DNA from: Balanoglossus misakiensis
Lineage: Eukaryota > Animalia > Hemichordata
Reading direction: 5' to 3'
Length of the DNA: 64,000 nt
Assembly (NCBI GenBank): GCA_040954595.2
Contig: CM082596.2
Span: 529,468 to 593,467 of the forward strand
Position numbers and translations under genes: made by a program. The notes under the pieces are model-generated. The model was given only the letters and a program-made list of their open reading frames with translations. It made no database searches and was not told the origin of the DNA. Positions 53,230-64,000 of this stretch are shown in pieces. How positions within the stretch are numbered: position 1 is the first letter of the stretch; every line of letters begins with the position of its first letter.

Positions 53230-54735
53230 GATATGCCCAAATGCTTTTTCCAAACGCATGTAGGATTTCAGCGAAAACAGCGCCCGTTTAAATACCCAAC
53301 AACACTATTACAATTATTAGGTCAACTGTATACCAGTAGCTGATAATGTGTCCTTGAAAATTTGGTGGCTGTAAAATGCTAATTTTTCACAATTTCCATT
53401 TCAAATATTAAACTTGGTCTTATAGATCGAAACCCAAATCAGCAATTCAAAAATGATCTGATATTAAAAATCACATTTTATTTTGTCTCAAATCCGTCCC
53501 AACTGAGTATAACCACTGTATAGCATGATAAACTACCACTATACCAGAAGTACTTTCTGAGTAAATGTAGGGAATACAATTTAGGTAATTTCAAGAAGCA
53601 AATATACAATTTATACCAAAAATTTGCTAACATCATTTAAAACTCTTCTTTATGAAATTCTTGACTGTTCAATAGAAACTTTAGACATTTACTTGTAGTA
53701 AATTATAAATTGGTGATATGTGAAAGTGACTAAAAGAAATACTGTCAAATCTCAAGTGGAATGCATATTTTCAAAATCCGGTAAAGTGAAAGTCTGTTCA
53801 AATTTTTAAAATTAACTCTGGAATGTGTAATGCTGACAAAATGACCAGATTCATGTCGATAAGTTGAAAATTTGAAGATTTTTTCAATGTAAAGTTTATA
53901 ACATTTTAAATGCTTGGTTTCTGAATAAAATTTTTGCTTTAAAATCTGAATATATATTTAAAAACCAACACTGTACTGTGTTGGTAGTACTCTGGTTAAA
54001 TAGGTACATGTATATCAGAACTGATTTTGGTGTCAAAATTTTCCAGCACACATAACACAACAGCTGCTATACTATAGTACTATATGTTGAAGTGAATTAC
54101 AATGGAACTCAACTTCATGAAAACATACAAACTGAGAGAAAAAAATACAAAATCTTTAAGAATGTTCCACTGAACTAGAAATATGAGGGAGCTTACCTTC
54201 TTCCAAAGGATGGGCTTTACCCACAGAGATGATTGGCAGCCATTTTGAATTTTCATTAGTAGAAATTTGCATAATGAGTGACCCATCAGTATTTTGCATA
54301 GTGACCCTTATTTGCATAGATGCCCTTGATAAAAGACCCTTCAACCTCATGGTGATTCCTGATACATATATTTCCATGGTGACAAGATACTCTCCTCTTT
54401 CCCATAATTTTAACGAGGAGCGGCTTTGAATTAGACAGGGAAATTTGACATAAAGCTGAGGACTGCTGCAAGCTTACGCAATTTATAATTGCAACCGATA
54501 CTTTTCAAAACACAGATTTTTTCTGGTTTGTGTCAAACCTGGACTAGTTGATATGTACATTGTCTTTATAAGTTTGAGGTGAGCAGTGATTACCTGTACC
54601 GAAAAAGGTCTTCCCATATGATTTGCATAGAAAATCAAAATCCAAACCCAGGTACACGATTTTGCATATGATATCAATAAAGGTAGTACTTAGTCGTCAC
54701 TTGACCGACTTCTAGAAAAGTTGAACCCACTTCGT

Positions 54736-54916
54736 TTACTGTGCTGTTATTGCTTCAAGATGCGAAGGCAGAAGAGCTGACTTGGATTTCCCCAGGACTT
54801 GATTGACATCAAATTGTCCGTAGCTGTCCAGAATGAATTCATCTCCAGTGACCATTGATACACGGGTAATTTCGCTCGATTTGTGCTCTCTACGCCGACG
54901 ACTAGCCAGTTCATCT
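54736..54916 (-). CDS. Myo3: Probable Myo3 terminal coding exon ([11 protein letters not shown]...EAITAQ*)
   Basis: ccattccag acceptor in matching phase 2, open to TAA. No recognisable homology, so tentative. Confidence 0.5.
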
Positions 54917-57900
54917 CTGGAATGGCATAATAATAACGTTTGTATGAAATAAGAGACCACAGATTTTTATTGTTTGAACCAGTGTGTTGCTAGGTTACAA
55001 AAAGTCTCTACATGTCAACAATGGTTTAAAAATACAAATTGTTACCAATGGGAAATGTTGACTAATCACATCAAGGACTTCCCTATTGGCCGAGCTTTGA
55101 GTTCAAATTCATGATGGGTGTATGAGGGCGCTAGACTTATGGAAAGGCTGTAACCAGTATACATTAATGTTAATGACACAAACAAGTAGCACTACAACAT
55201 GACAAAACATTACCATGGTTTCAATAGATTACATTTTTAGCTCACTTCACTGTTTATAGCTTTACCATGTAACTTGATAACAACAGCACAGCATTATTTT
55301 GCAATAAGCATTATACAATCATGGTTCCACAACACAAACTGGGATCTAATACCAGTGACATTTCCACATTGAGTCAAGTGGCAGAACATTATCAATTTTT
55401 AAATTCAGTAAACAAAAGTAAACAGTTTCAATTACTCTTGTCTGAACATGAAATAAAGGAAGCGATTAACCTCTTACTATCAGAGAAAGTGTTTATTTGA
55501 TCACTTCAGTTCAAGAAACTCCAAACTGTTCTGACATTGGCCATTCAAAGTTACAACTCTTGACTTCCCTGCCTATTATGAACATTACAGATAACTATGG
55601 AATATCATTTTGTGAATCTCTTCAAGTTGCAAGTTACCTTCATATATAAACGACGTCCCATGGGTTCAAACTTGGATGCAAGATGAGGGGCGGAAATGAT
55701 TTGGGTGTTAGTAGAAAGCAATGTTTGGTGGGAAATGTTCATGCAAAAGAAAAACTCCAAGGCAAGTCATTCATATTCAATGGATTTACAGCGTGTCATG
55801 GGAAAGAAAAGAAAAAATTAAGGCCTTTGTGTGCTGAACACATTTTATTTCACCTTTCCATGCACTGAGTGGACAAATTAACCTATATATTTTGAGTTTC
55901 AATTCTCTATCGTTACCTGTTTGGTGGTGTGTGGTCTGCATTAAGTGATGGCGCCCTCTCAGGTACAGCGTGATGGTTTATTTCTGCCTGGATTTCAATC
56001 TGTCTCATGTAACCAATCTGAAGCCAAAACAAAGGCAATATTATATGGCTTAATGAAAGGAATTCAAAACGTCTCCAAAAATTAGATGGTACTTGTTCAG
56101 AAAGCAAAATACATGCAAAACAAATATGGCAACATGTAACTGATACAAAAAAGTAAAGGAATATTTACCTCATCTTTCTCTTCTGATAATGACCTGGATG
56201 TTTCACTATGGAAACCAAAACCATGAAGATCCCCATCAGATGAAACATCAGAAACTACACTAGTTGGTCTAGCATATTTCTCAAATCTATTTGGTCTGTG
56301 AAAGTTAATGAGAACAGAATTAGTTGAACAAGCTCACTGTTGGCTGTACTGGATTGCATCACAAAACAAAACAAACTGACTTGAAAGTAGATGTCATAAT
56401 TCTGAACCAAGATGAAAAGAAGCTGGCCAATTTTCTTGTAACACACTCGCCTTTCTTCCTTCTTTCGAGATGATTTCTTTGCCAGATCAACACGTGCGTA
56501 CACATGATCTTCTGATTTTGTCAGATTACTTGATTTAGAAGGAGTAGGATTGCTGGATGTATCAATGGATCCAATCTCAGCATAGCCATGATTAAGTATT
56601 TCATTTTGGTATTCTGAATTTTCACTTATTTCTGACACAATACTGGAATAGTACTGACTGTCACCGCTTGATGTCAACTCCTTCAATTCTCTGTTGGAAA
56701 TGGAAACACAACATGACATGAAGAATGATGGGACAACATTACAACATAAAGCATGCAACACACGTTTCATGTAGACATTACACCACATTATAAAGATGAG
56801 ATGGCATGGTATATACATGACAGTTCATGGGAATAACATCACATGATAATGTGTGATTTTACTTTACTTTCAGGAGATTTCTTGGTGCAAACATACCCAG
56901 GAAAATATGGAATTTATACCTCCACATTGTTCTATAACTATAAGTTGGTGAAAGCACTCCATGGAAAATGATAGGGTTAGTCCACATCGTGGTAGCACAA
57001 GATAGAAATACACACCCTCTATCTCTTGCAGATCTTCTCAAGATCTCACTACTTCTCTCACTGCCATTACTTGACACTGTATCCTGCAACGAATTCTGGG
57101 ATGTCATCAACCCTGGCTTGGCGTCAATGTCTCCTGTAATACTCTCATAGTACGCTGCATCTTGTAGAGAGAATGGCATCTTGATCAGATCTGCCTTCTG
57201 CATATGTCTCCGTCTTTGCTCCGATAATCCCACGCTGTTTTGTTGAACTGGTGGAGTCGTTGGGATGGATTCTGAGTAGGAAACGTCCGGATATACCGGA
57301 GAGTTGATCTCGAATAGTTGTTCATGGAATTCTTGTCCATAATTTTTTACCTGTATAGAAATAAAACAAAGAACTTATATCCATATACTGTAGTACACCT
57401 GGGATCTAAATGACATCTGTACAATTGTTTACCACTGTCGATTTTATGGCTGTTTGTATCAGTGATATACTATGAAGAGGAGAGTAAAGATACTCTCAGT
57501 TTCATACCTGTTGTAAGAAGTATATGGTTCTTGTTTCCTGTTGTGATCTGTAGAGTTGTATCTGTTGGTAGAGAGATTTTTTCTTCCACATTCGGAACCA
57601 TCTCTGCAGTAACATACTGGCATCCCATTTCTTGCTGTCCATCTTTGCTTTGATGACCTTGTATTGCTGTCTTGCTAAGAATCCTCTCACAGCTAGGGAG
57701 TCACAAAAACATACTTTGTGTCATTAAACAATAAAGTTGTCATTAAACAATGAAGTAAGCCAAGTTTATGATGATTTGTAATTTTGGTATGAATTGATTA
57801 TTTCTGAGATATACTGACTTAGCTTTCTTCATTCAAATTTGCTTTGAATGTTATGGTGTTGTGTGGTTGCCAAAGCAAGTTTCCAATCTTATATTGAACT

Positions 57901-60900
57901 TGAACATTACTCTGTAAAGATGCAAAGTTGCTTGCATACAGCTTCTTGTATTTGTATGAGTGTTCATAATAACAGATGCAGAGTTAAAATCTAAATATAT
58001 CTACCGGTACTCATAAGTGCCATGAACAAATATAAATCAAAATTAAAAGCTCATACTAAATAGATCTATCAAGATACAAAGTTTACAATGACAAGATAAA
58101 ACACAAAATCATATTGTACATGTAAAATAATATCTATTTGGAATACTGAACACAAACCAAGCTCTACTATAACAGTCATACAGTAGGAAAATGACGAACA
58201 TGTACTAAAATTAAATGCACATAGGATTGGCTGGGGTGTATTCACTATTACAGAATGCATTTTGAAAATAAAATAAGCTTTTTTAGTACAGAAATTGGCA
58301 GAAATGTTTCACTGCCACCATGCCAAAGACAGAAACAAAAGTATTAGTTTTTAAACCTGACTGCAATAGCAGCAACTGTTCTTCTTTGACATTCAATGTC
58401 TGGAAAGATTTCTCCACTTTCTCAACATCCATGACAACAGAGCCGTCTGTGACATCACTCTCAGTAATGGCTGCCTCTATAGCGTCTGTTACCATAGCAG
58501 CAGCTTCACTGGGAGTTGATGGAAACCTCTGGATTTCTGAACCTAGCATTGTCATCTCTGAATCTTCTTCCATATTATCTGTGAAGCTGACCTCACTTGC
58601 TTTTGAACTGCCATTTTTTCGGTCATGTGTCTCGCTGTCATGCTCTGCCATTTGCGACTGAGACATGGCTGAATGTTCATCATTTTCAACTTCTATCATT
58701 TCAATGTTTGTGTTTCCAGCTGATTCACCATTAGACTCTGTCAAATTACCGGTTTCCATAGAAACATTCCCACTTGATTGCATTCCTTCTTCAGCAAGGT
58801 CATTCACTTCTTCAAGGCACAGACCTTCAGAGATAGTATTTTCACAATGATCGCACGGAGTTTCATCACTGTTTGTTTGTTGTTGTGTCTCTTCTACGCT
58901 GTTGACCTGTGAACTCTCTGACAAATGATCTTTTGAGATTATAATCACATTTTTTGTCGCACAATGATTTGACTTATTTGGTTCTTTTGAATGTACACCA
59001 AGATAGCTCTCTAATTCATGCATAAGATTTCGTCGAACTGTTTTGTTTATGCCTGACTTGTGATCAGTAACATTTCCATCAGACTCAGATGCATCTAACT
59101 GTCGCTGAATCTTGCTCTGTGAATTATCACTTGTCTTCTTGTATCCAATCAGTTCAACTTTATCAGAAAACGCCAGAACTTTCATTTTCCTCTTTTTGGA
59201 ATCTTTTCGTTCCTTTTTCTCAAAGGACAGTTTCATAATCCTTTTTCCTACCTCTAATGCAGTTATCACACATTCGAACATATTCACATCATTCAACATT
59301 CAAATTAAATAATTTAAAGTAAGTTTACAGAACATAAGAGGGCAGCAGAGACAGAAAAGAGAAAGCAAGGAAAACTATTAAGATTTGTTTCATATTTACT
59401 AAAGACACTCCTGAAAATGATAATCACACTAAAAATTCACGCACAAATAACAAAAAGTCTTCCACTACAGTTTCAAAAGAAGTACAGAACACTACTTCAA
59501 ACATACTTGAAACAAAAATATCAAATAAAATGTAATCATTCTGAAGATGAAACACTAGCAATAACACTCCTGCACAAATAAAAAAAACATCTCTCTGATA
59601 AAACACAGTCTAAGTGGAAATGAGTTTTGCAGAAAAAAACAACAAGCCTAAAATAAAGTGTCTAATGCACTCAACTTCAAACTATCAAACCATGCAATCC
59701 TATTTATTTTGACCTTATGGTAGGAATCTACTGAACGATCATTTAATGGAAAAAAATTCTGGTATTGTTTTATTCTGTACTTATCCAAGAATTTCTTCTC
59801 TGATAGGGTGGGTAACTTTGTGCCTCACTCACTACTATCAAAAGAATCCATTTTATAATAGGGGTGGAGGAACTCACCTGATTGGGCAACAACTATTTTT
59901 CTGATACTCTGTCTGTGTTTGAGCTCCCTAGCTTTGCGTACTTTAAATCCTCTCCAGTTTTTCTGGATGATGTTGGCAGCTTTGTGACTTTCAACAACTT
60001 GTTGGCTGTATTTCTTTCTTGCCTGGAAACCTCTAAAAGCTGGAAATGATAGAATTCAAAATGATTATTTTCCCCAAATATAAGAATACTACAACACATT
60101 TTCACCTTGTCTTTTCTACAAACTCTGAAATGACTTCGTTAGTGAAACCCAAAAAGTGTAATTGCCAAGTACCACACACAAAACATGCAGTGATAAATCA
60201 TTTAAGTGATAAGATCTGTTTTCTGTCATTGTCTGCAACTTACCATGTTGGATCTTCATAGAGGCCTCTTGACGACTTACACACGCTTTCTTATAACGCA
60301 TCCTGGCTGACCAACCCTTGAAATCTGTTAAATTTTAGGGCATAACATGCAATGGCATGCAAAATTGTAACACATACAATCAGAAAAATCATGCAATATT
60401 AATCATAAACACATATTAATTCATCACTTCAGTTTTAAAATTTCTGATATGCAGACAACTAGCATGGCGTTGCAGTTAATTCTTGGTGCAAATCATCAAC
60501 ACATTATCCAGTGTCTGATACCAGGCAGCTGATCGTACCCAGGGTGCTTGTTACAAATGGTAGTATCTGTGATTTTTGAAACGATACCTATTGCAGCAGA
60601 AGCAAATATTTGTTTGACTTACTTTTCTGAATAATTATTGCACTTTTCCTTCTCTTCATTAAAAGTCTCTTGTATTTGACCCGATCCAGCCAGGCTCTGA
60701 TTCTTGCTTGAATCACAATCGCCACCTTGTGATATCCTTCGAGAAGTCTGTCCAGTTTCTCAACGTGGTAGTACTTCAAGAAGACCTGAAAATAACGAGC
60801 ACTACAAATTCAAGATTTGATGGGGACATTGGACTTGCATGTGCAATTTGTTTGTCTCATGTATTACTGGTATATTGTTCATACATGGCTGTATATTGTG

Positions 60901-63870
60901 AATAACAATACAATACAATACAATACAATACAATACAATACAATACAATACAATACAATACATAGATATCACCACACATAGTACGCACCTTGCTTTTTCC
61001 CATCACCCAATTGTCAAGTTCACATTTGTTCAGAATGTCTCCACAAGTCGTTTCTGTTGTTGGCATGACGTCACTCATGCTGAAGGCAATGACTTTATAC
61101 CTGTGAAAAGGTGCAACATTTTTGGATTATTGACAACAGAGTTCATAGAAGTTCTTTTAACAGGTGGCTCTATATCAAAAGGACAGGAAAAGGTGTTCAG
61201 TTTAGACAGATTTTACTGTGTGTTGCTTATGCCTCTAATACTCACCTCTGCACAAAGTCAGGGAAGGTTATTCTATGAGAATACCCTTGTCTTCTGATTC
61301 TGGTTGTTTCTAAGACTCCAGTGTATTTCAATTGTGTCATCACTTTGTTGTGTGCAAAGTGTCCTGCCAGCTTCTCGTCGTTGGGTTTGATACAACGAAC
61401 AAAATGTGGCGTTCCAGCAACCATCTTGGCCAGCAGTTCCAATAGAGAGTACTGCAATGTAATTAACATATAGAGAATGAGTTGATTTATTGGGTTTATG
61501 AGTGTGATATTCTTGTGTTTAAGGTAGCGATACACGTTTGAAACCATCCAAACTCTTTGCAGACGTGTCCACACTTACCCTGAAGTAAGAAGCCACTGTC
61601 ATTTTATTTCTGTTCTGTGTGATGCCTTCATCTCTTGCAAACAGGGCACTTTGACTCTGAAAAGTACATGGAAATATTTGTGCAATTATCAAATAGGCCT
61701 ACTTGAGACAGGCCATACCATTAGACCGAAATGAATAGAATCTAATCGAGACTAGTTGCAAGAATCTATTCCATCCATAAATCCATAAACAGGCAATATC
61801 AGAAACTAAATGCATCATACAAGCAGAAGATAAGTAGAGAAAAAAGACAGAGATGATATAGACAAAAAATTTCATTATGAAATGGCATTCACAATGACAA
61901 GGTGATCACGTTCTGCAGTCTATTAATCCATTCATCCATCCATTCATGTACACATCACACATATTGTTAAAGGATATGACATACCAAGCACACACACACA
62001 AATGATGGGACACTTTGTTATGTGAGATGGTCAACCCAGACAGTGATGTTAATGATGATGGCAACGATGATAAATAAATGGCAATGGAAAGGGTTTTACC
62101 TTTCTCATGGGAGGTTTGTATTTGAAAATTTGGGCTGGCTGGGATTTGAAGTCATCTCTGGGTTTACCATCAGCTAGGTTACCTGTGGGAAAATATTGAA
62201 ATTTGGGAAATTGGGAATAAAAGCCCATGATGTGAATACCTGGACAAGGAGATCTTTGATGTGCTCATATTTTCCTTGTTTGCCATCGGCAAGCCGACCT
62301 ATGCACCAGATTTGAGAAACAGATTTGAGAAACTGGATATTAGTGAGGGATATCAAGCCCAGGGCATTTCTAGACCACCACCACTGTGATGAGTTTATTT
62401 TCTTTTCAATTAAAGTGTATTGTTTTGACAAGAAATACAAAGATCCTGAAATGGTGGATTGGCTTTGTATTTCAAATAACACCCTACCTGTTTTGGTGAG
62501 TTGTCTTTCAAATAACACCCTGAGTAGCGGCATTTCTGAAGCTCTCATCAGAAGCACAACATCCGATGCTAAAGTGTCTCTGTTCTTCTCCAGAAATCCT
62601 GTTGCATCATAGTACACCTGGGGAAATACACAGAGAAGATTTACATCTCAACCATATTAGACTACACAAAATTGACCTGGTTGTGAAATTAAGCTGTTCA
62701 AAGCACCTTAACAAAGAACGCCATCTTACCTTTCCAGCATAATGGATAATTCCAAAAGTAAGGCCTTGTTGCAGAGGTTTCCAATAGAACTTTCGACTCA
62801 AGTTGTTGTAAAATTTATCTGCGTGAGAAAAGTTCTTTAGTCAGCATTGAAAAACACAAAAAATATTCACAAATGAAAAATTGCTACTGCAGAAACAAGG
62901 TATAACAGAAACATTTTATATTGGTTTTATAAAAATATGACAGGACAAAAGTTTCACTCACTGACAAGACTGTCATCGTCTCCTTCTGGAAAGCGAGCCT
63001 CTTCATCCAACAATGACAACATTCCCAATGGTTTCTGAAGGAACATGTCCAACAATGGTCGGTTGTCTTCATAGGTGATCAGATCTGCATCGATTCCTTC
63101 ACTCAGATACTCTTGCTGTCAGATAAACATAATAAATAAACATTTAAAAATCATTTCTTGTGTCAGTTGTGAGTATCTCAGTCTGTGAGTTACACAAAAG
63201 GGATACTGGCTAAAAGCTGGAGTTCTGTCACATCCAGTTTTAACATATCACAATGTCCGGATGGAGTATATTCCAGACCCTGATAGTCCGGGTAAAATAA
63301 TGTCTTCCTGAAGTCTGTTGTACATGGAAGTTATCAGAATGTGAAAGAGCTTGCAGCCAATGGATATCACTGACCTGTTCCCAGGCAAAGATATGTTGAT
63401 TGAAGTAATACTGAATCTGTTCATTGGCAATGTTGATACACAGCTGTTCAAAGGAATTCACCTCAAAGTTCTCAAAACCAAAGATGTCGAGAATTCCAAT
63501 CTTGCGGTGCACCTCACTACAGAACGAGAAAAAAAAATGATTAGAGTAATAAATCTGATGTGCAAAGGCACAAGTCAAAAAGTAAAATGTCAATCATGGT
63601 CCTGGACCCTAAAACTGCCAGATTCATTTTGTCCTTCCTCACTGCACAAATAGACTTACCCATCATCCTGGGAGGGTTTCATCAACAAGTTGATCTTATC
63701 AACAATCCAATTAAAAAGTCGTCCATAAATGGCTTTAGACATGGCGTCTCTCACATCTTCTGCCTGACTGACAGTGTTTGTTCGCACAATAGTTTCTCCA
63801 CGAGCTACAACGGCAGTTGTTGTCAAGGCTTCTATCAGTTCATTCTCATTAACAGAGAGGATTTTCGCAA
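54736..63870 (-). CDS. Myo3: Class III myosin (MYO3A/B-like), partial: C-terminal motor domain, six IQ motifs and tail; the 5' part lies beyond the window
   Basis: Phase-consistent exon chain with Myo3-typical motifs: [79 protein letters not shown]. The diagnostic N-terminal kinase domain is not in the window. Confidence 0.9.
55917..56017 (-). CDS. Myo3: Myo3 tail exon ([12 protein letters not shown]...TPPN)
   Basis: ttttggcttcag acceptor, gtaacg donor, phase 0 to 2. Confidence 0.62.
56169..56295 (-). CDS. Myo3: Myo3 tail exon ([16 protein letters not shown]...EEKDE)
   Basis: ttaactttcacag acceptor, gtaaat donor, phase 2 to 0, open frame. Confidence 0.65.
56451..56690 (-). CDS. Myo3: Myo3 tail exon ([18 protein letters not shown]...HVYARVDL...KKEE)
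   Basis: ttccaacag acceptor; ends at a probable GC donor AG|gcgagt; phase 2 to 2. Confidence 0.7.
57016..57350 (-). CDS. Myo3: Myo3 tail exon (VKNYGQEF...[10 protein letters not shown]...RDR)
   Basis: tatacag acceptor, gtgtgt donor, phase 0 to 2, open frame. Confidence 0.75.
57508..57692 (-). CDS. Myo3: Myo3 IQ exon ([11 protein letters not shown]...LLQRWFRMW...)
   Basis: ctccctag acceptor, gtatga donor, phase 1 to 0. Confidence 0.85.
58357..59253 (-). CDS. Myo3: Myo3 large acidic/low-complexity cassette exon (299 codons), putative
   Basis: Lies inside ORF 58283-59299. cattag acceptor, CAG|gtttaa donor, symmetric phase 1-1, ends LLLLQS before the next IQ half. Both splice sites are weak. 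Confidence 0.6.
59878..60039 (-). CDS. Myo3: Myo3 162-nt double-IQ exon
   Basis: tttccag acceptor, gtgagt donor, phase 1 to 1; [10 protein letters not shown]...IIQKNWRGF...VVAQS. Confidence 0.88.
60244..60324 (-). CDS. Myo3: Myo3 81-nt IQ exon
   Basis: taacag acceptor, gtaagt donor, phase 1 to 1; [10 protein letters not shown]...KIQH. Confidence 0.88.
60623..60785 (-). CDS. Myo3: Myo3 exon (VFLKYYHVE..., IQ1 and start of IQ2)
   Basis: tttcag acceptor, gtaagt donor, phase 0 to 1; IQARIRAW motif. Confidence 0.92.
60906..60960 (+). repeat. (CAATA)11 pentanucleotide microsatellite in a Myo3 intron
   Basis: Direct reading. Confidence 0.97.
60989..61100 (-). CDS. Myo3: Myo3 converter exon (YKVIAF...NWVMGKSK)
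   Basis: ttcacag acceptor, gtgcgt donor, phase 2 to 0. Confidence 0.9.
61246..61451 (-). CDS. Myo3: Myo3 exon ([10 protein letters not shown]...[10 protein letters not shown]...GYSHRITF)
   Basis: ttgcag acceptor, gtgagt donor, phase 0 to 2. Confidence 0.93.
61579..61656 (-). CDS. Myo3: Myo3 exon (SQSALF...KMTVASYFR)
   Basis: cttttcag acceptor, gtaagt donor, phase 0 to 0. Confidence 0.9.
62100..62182 (-). CDS. Myo3: Myo3 loop-2 exon B ([15 protein letters not shown]...PPMRK)
   Basis: tcccacag acceptor, gtaaaa donor, phase 1 to 0; restores the conserved LTKTGNL. Confidence 0.82.
62240..62298 (-). CDS. Myo3: Myo3 candidate alternative loop-2 exon A ([20 protein letters not shown])
   Basis: gcatag acceptor, CAG|gtattc donor, phase 1 to 0; its start parallels the adjacent exon B (G-NLADGK). 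Confidence 0.5.
62488..62617 (-). CDS. Myo3: Myo3 motor exon ([14 protein letters not shown]...QLTKT)
   Basis: ttccccag acceptor, gtaggg donor, phase 0 to 1. Confidence 0.92.
62730..62818 (-). CDS. Myo3: Myo3 motor exon (...FGIIHYAGK)
   Basis: cacgcag acceptor, gtaaga donor, phase 1 to 0. Confidence 0.92.
62962..63115 (-). CDS. Myo3: Myo3 motor exon (QEYLSEG...[23 protein letters not shown]...)
   Basis: ctgacag acceptor, gtgagt donor, phase 0 to 1. Confidence 0.92.
63375..63516 (-). CDS. Myo3: Myo3 motor exon (switch [14 protein letters not shown]...FAWEQ)
   Basis: ttctgtag acceptor, gtcagt donor, phase 2 to 0. Confidence 0.93.
63660..63870 (-). CDS. Myo3: Myo3 motor exon (VAKILS...[23 protein letters not shown]...)
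   Basis: AG/GT boundaries, phase 1 to 2, myosin motor homology. Confidence 0.9.
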
Positions 63871-64000
63871 CTTTAAATAAACAAAGAATAGAATGAATTT
63901 GAAAATGTTCTAAACATCATAGTAGAATTCTATATGTTGAAATGCGAATAACATGCTCAATAGAGACTACAGTATAACAGCAAACAGGCCACAGTTTTTA

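Noticed and set aside
54197-54423. Possible extra Myo3 exon (open frame, strong GTAAGC donor)
   Set aside because: Weak AAG acceptor, no homology and no downstream partner exon found; not callable without RNA data.
54736-57350. Class XXVIII myosin with a C-terminal SH2 domain
   Set aside because: No SH2 signature (WFHG, FLVRES) was seen in the tail exons, and the motor and tail motifs fit class III.

Overview
This is eukaryotic (metazoan, probably invertebrate deuterostome-like) genomic DNA, AT-rich and intron-containing, with no prokaryotic features. It holds a tandem Sp/buttonhead zinc-finger gene pair on the + strand. The first is an Sp6-9 (Sp8/9-type) gene: 21-nt coding exon 19072-19092 MATSMLG, a 7.9-kb intron, then exon 26999-28294. 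The second is an Sp5/buttonhead gene with exons 49719-49769 and 49998-51143. The 3' two-thirds of a class III myosin gene follows convergently on the - strand (about 20 exons, 63870 down to about 54736, continuing beyond the window); SP5 is also the neighbour of MYO3B in human. The remainder is non-coding regulatory-type sequence. The most striking unexplained signal lies 43.4-49.5 kb, upstream of Sp5: repeated TCF/LEF-like sites paired with C-clamp helper sites at a fixed 3-bp spacing, often followed by a PBX-MEIS-type TGTCAATCA site. Other notable items are convergent CTCF motifs bracketing Sp5 and, in Myo3, candidate mutually exclusive loop-2 exons, an IQ-splitting cassette exon and espin-binding-like motifs. 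All motif functions are inferred from sequence only.
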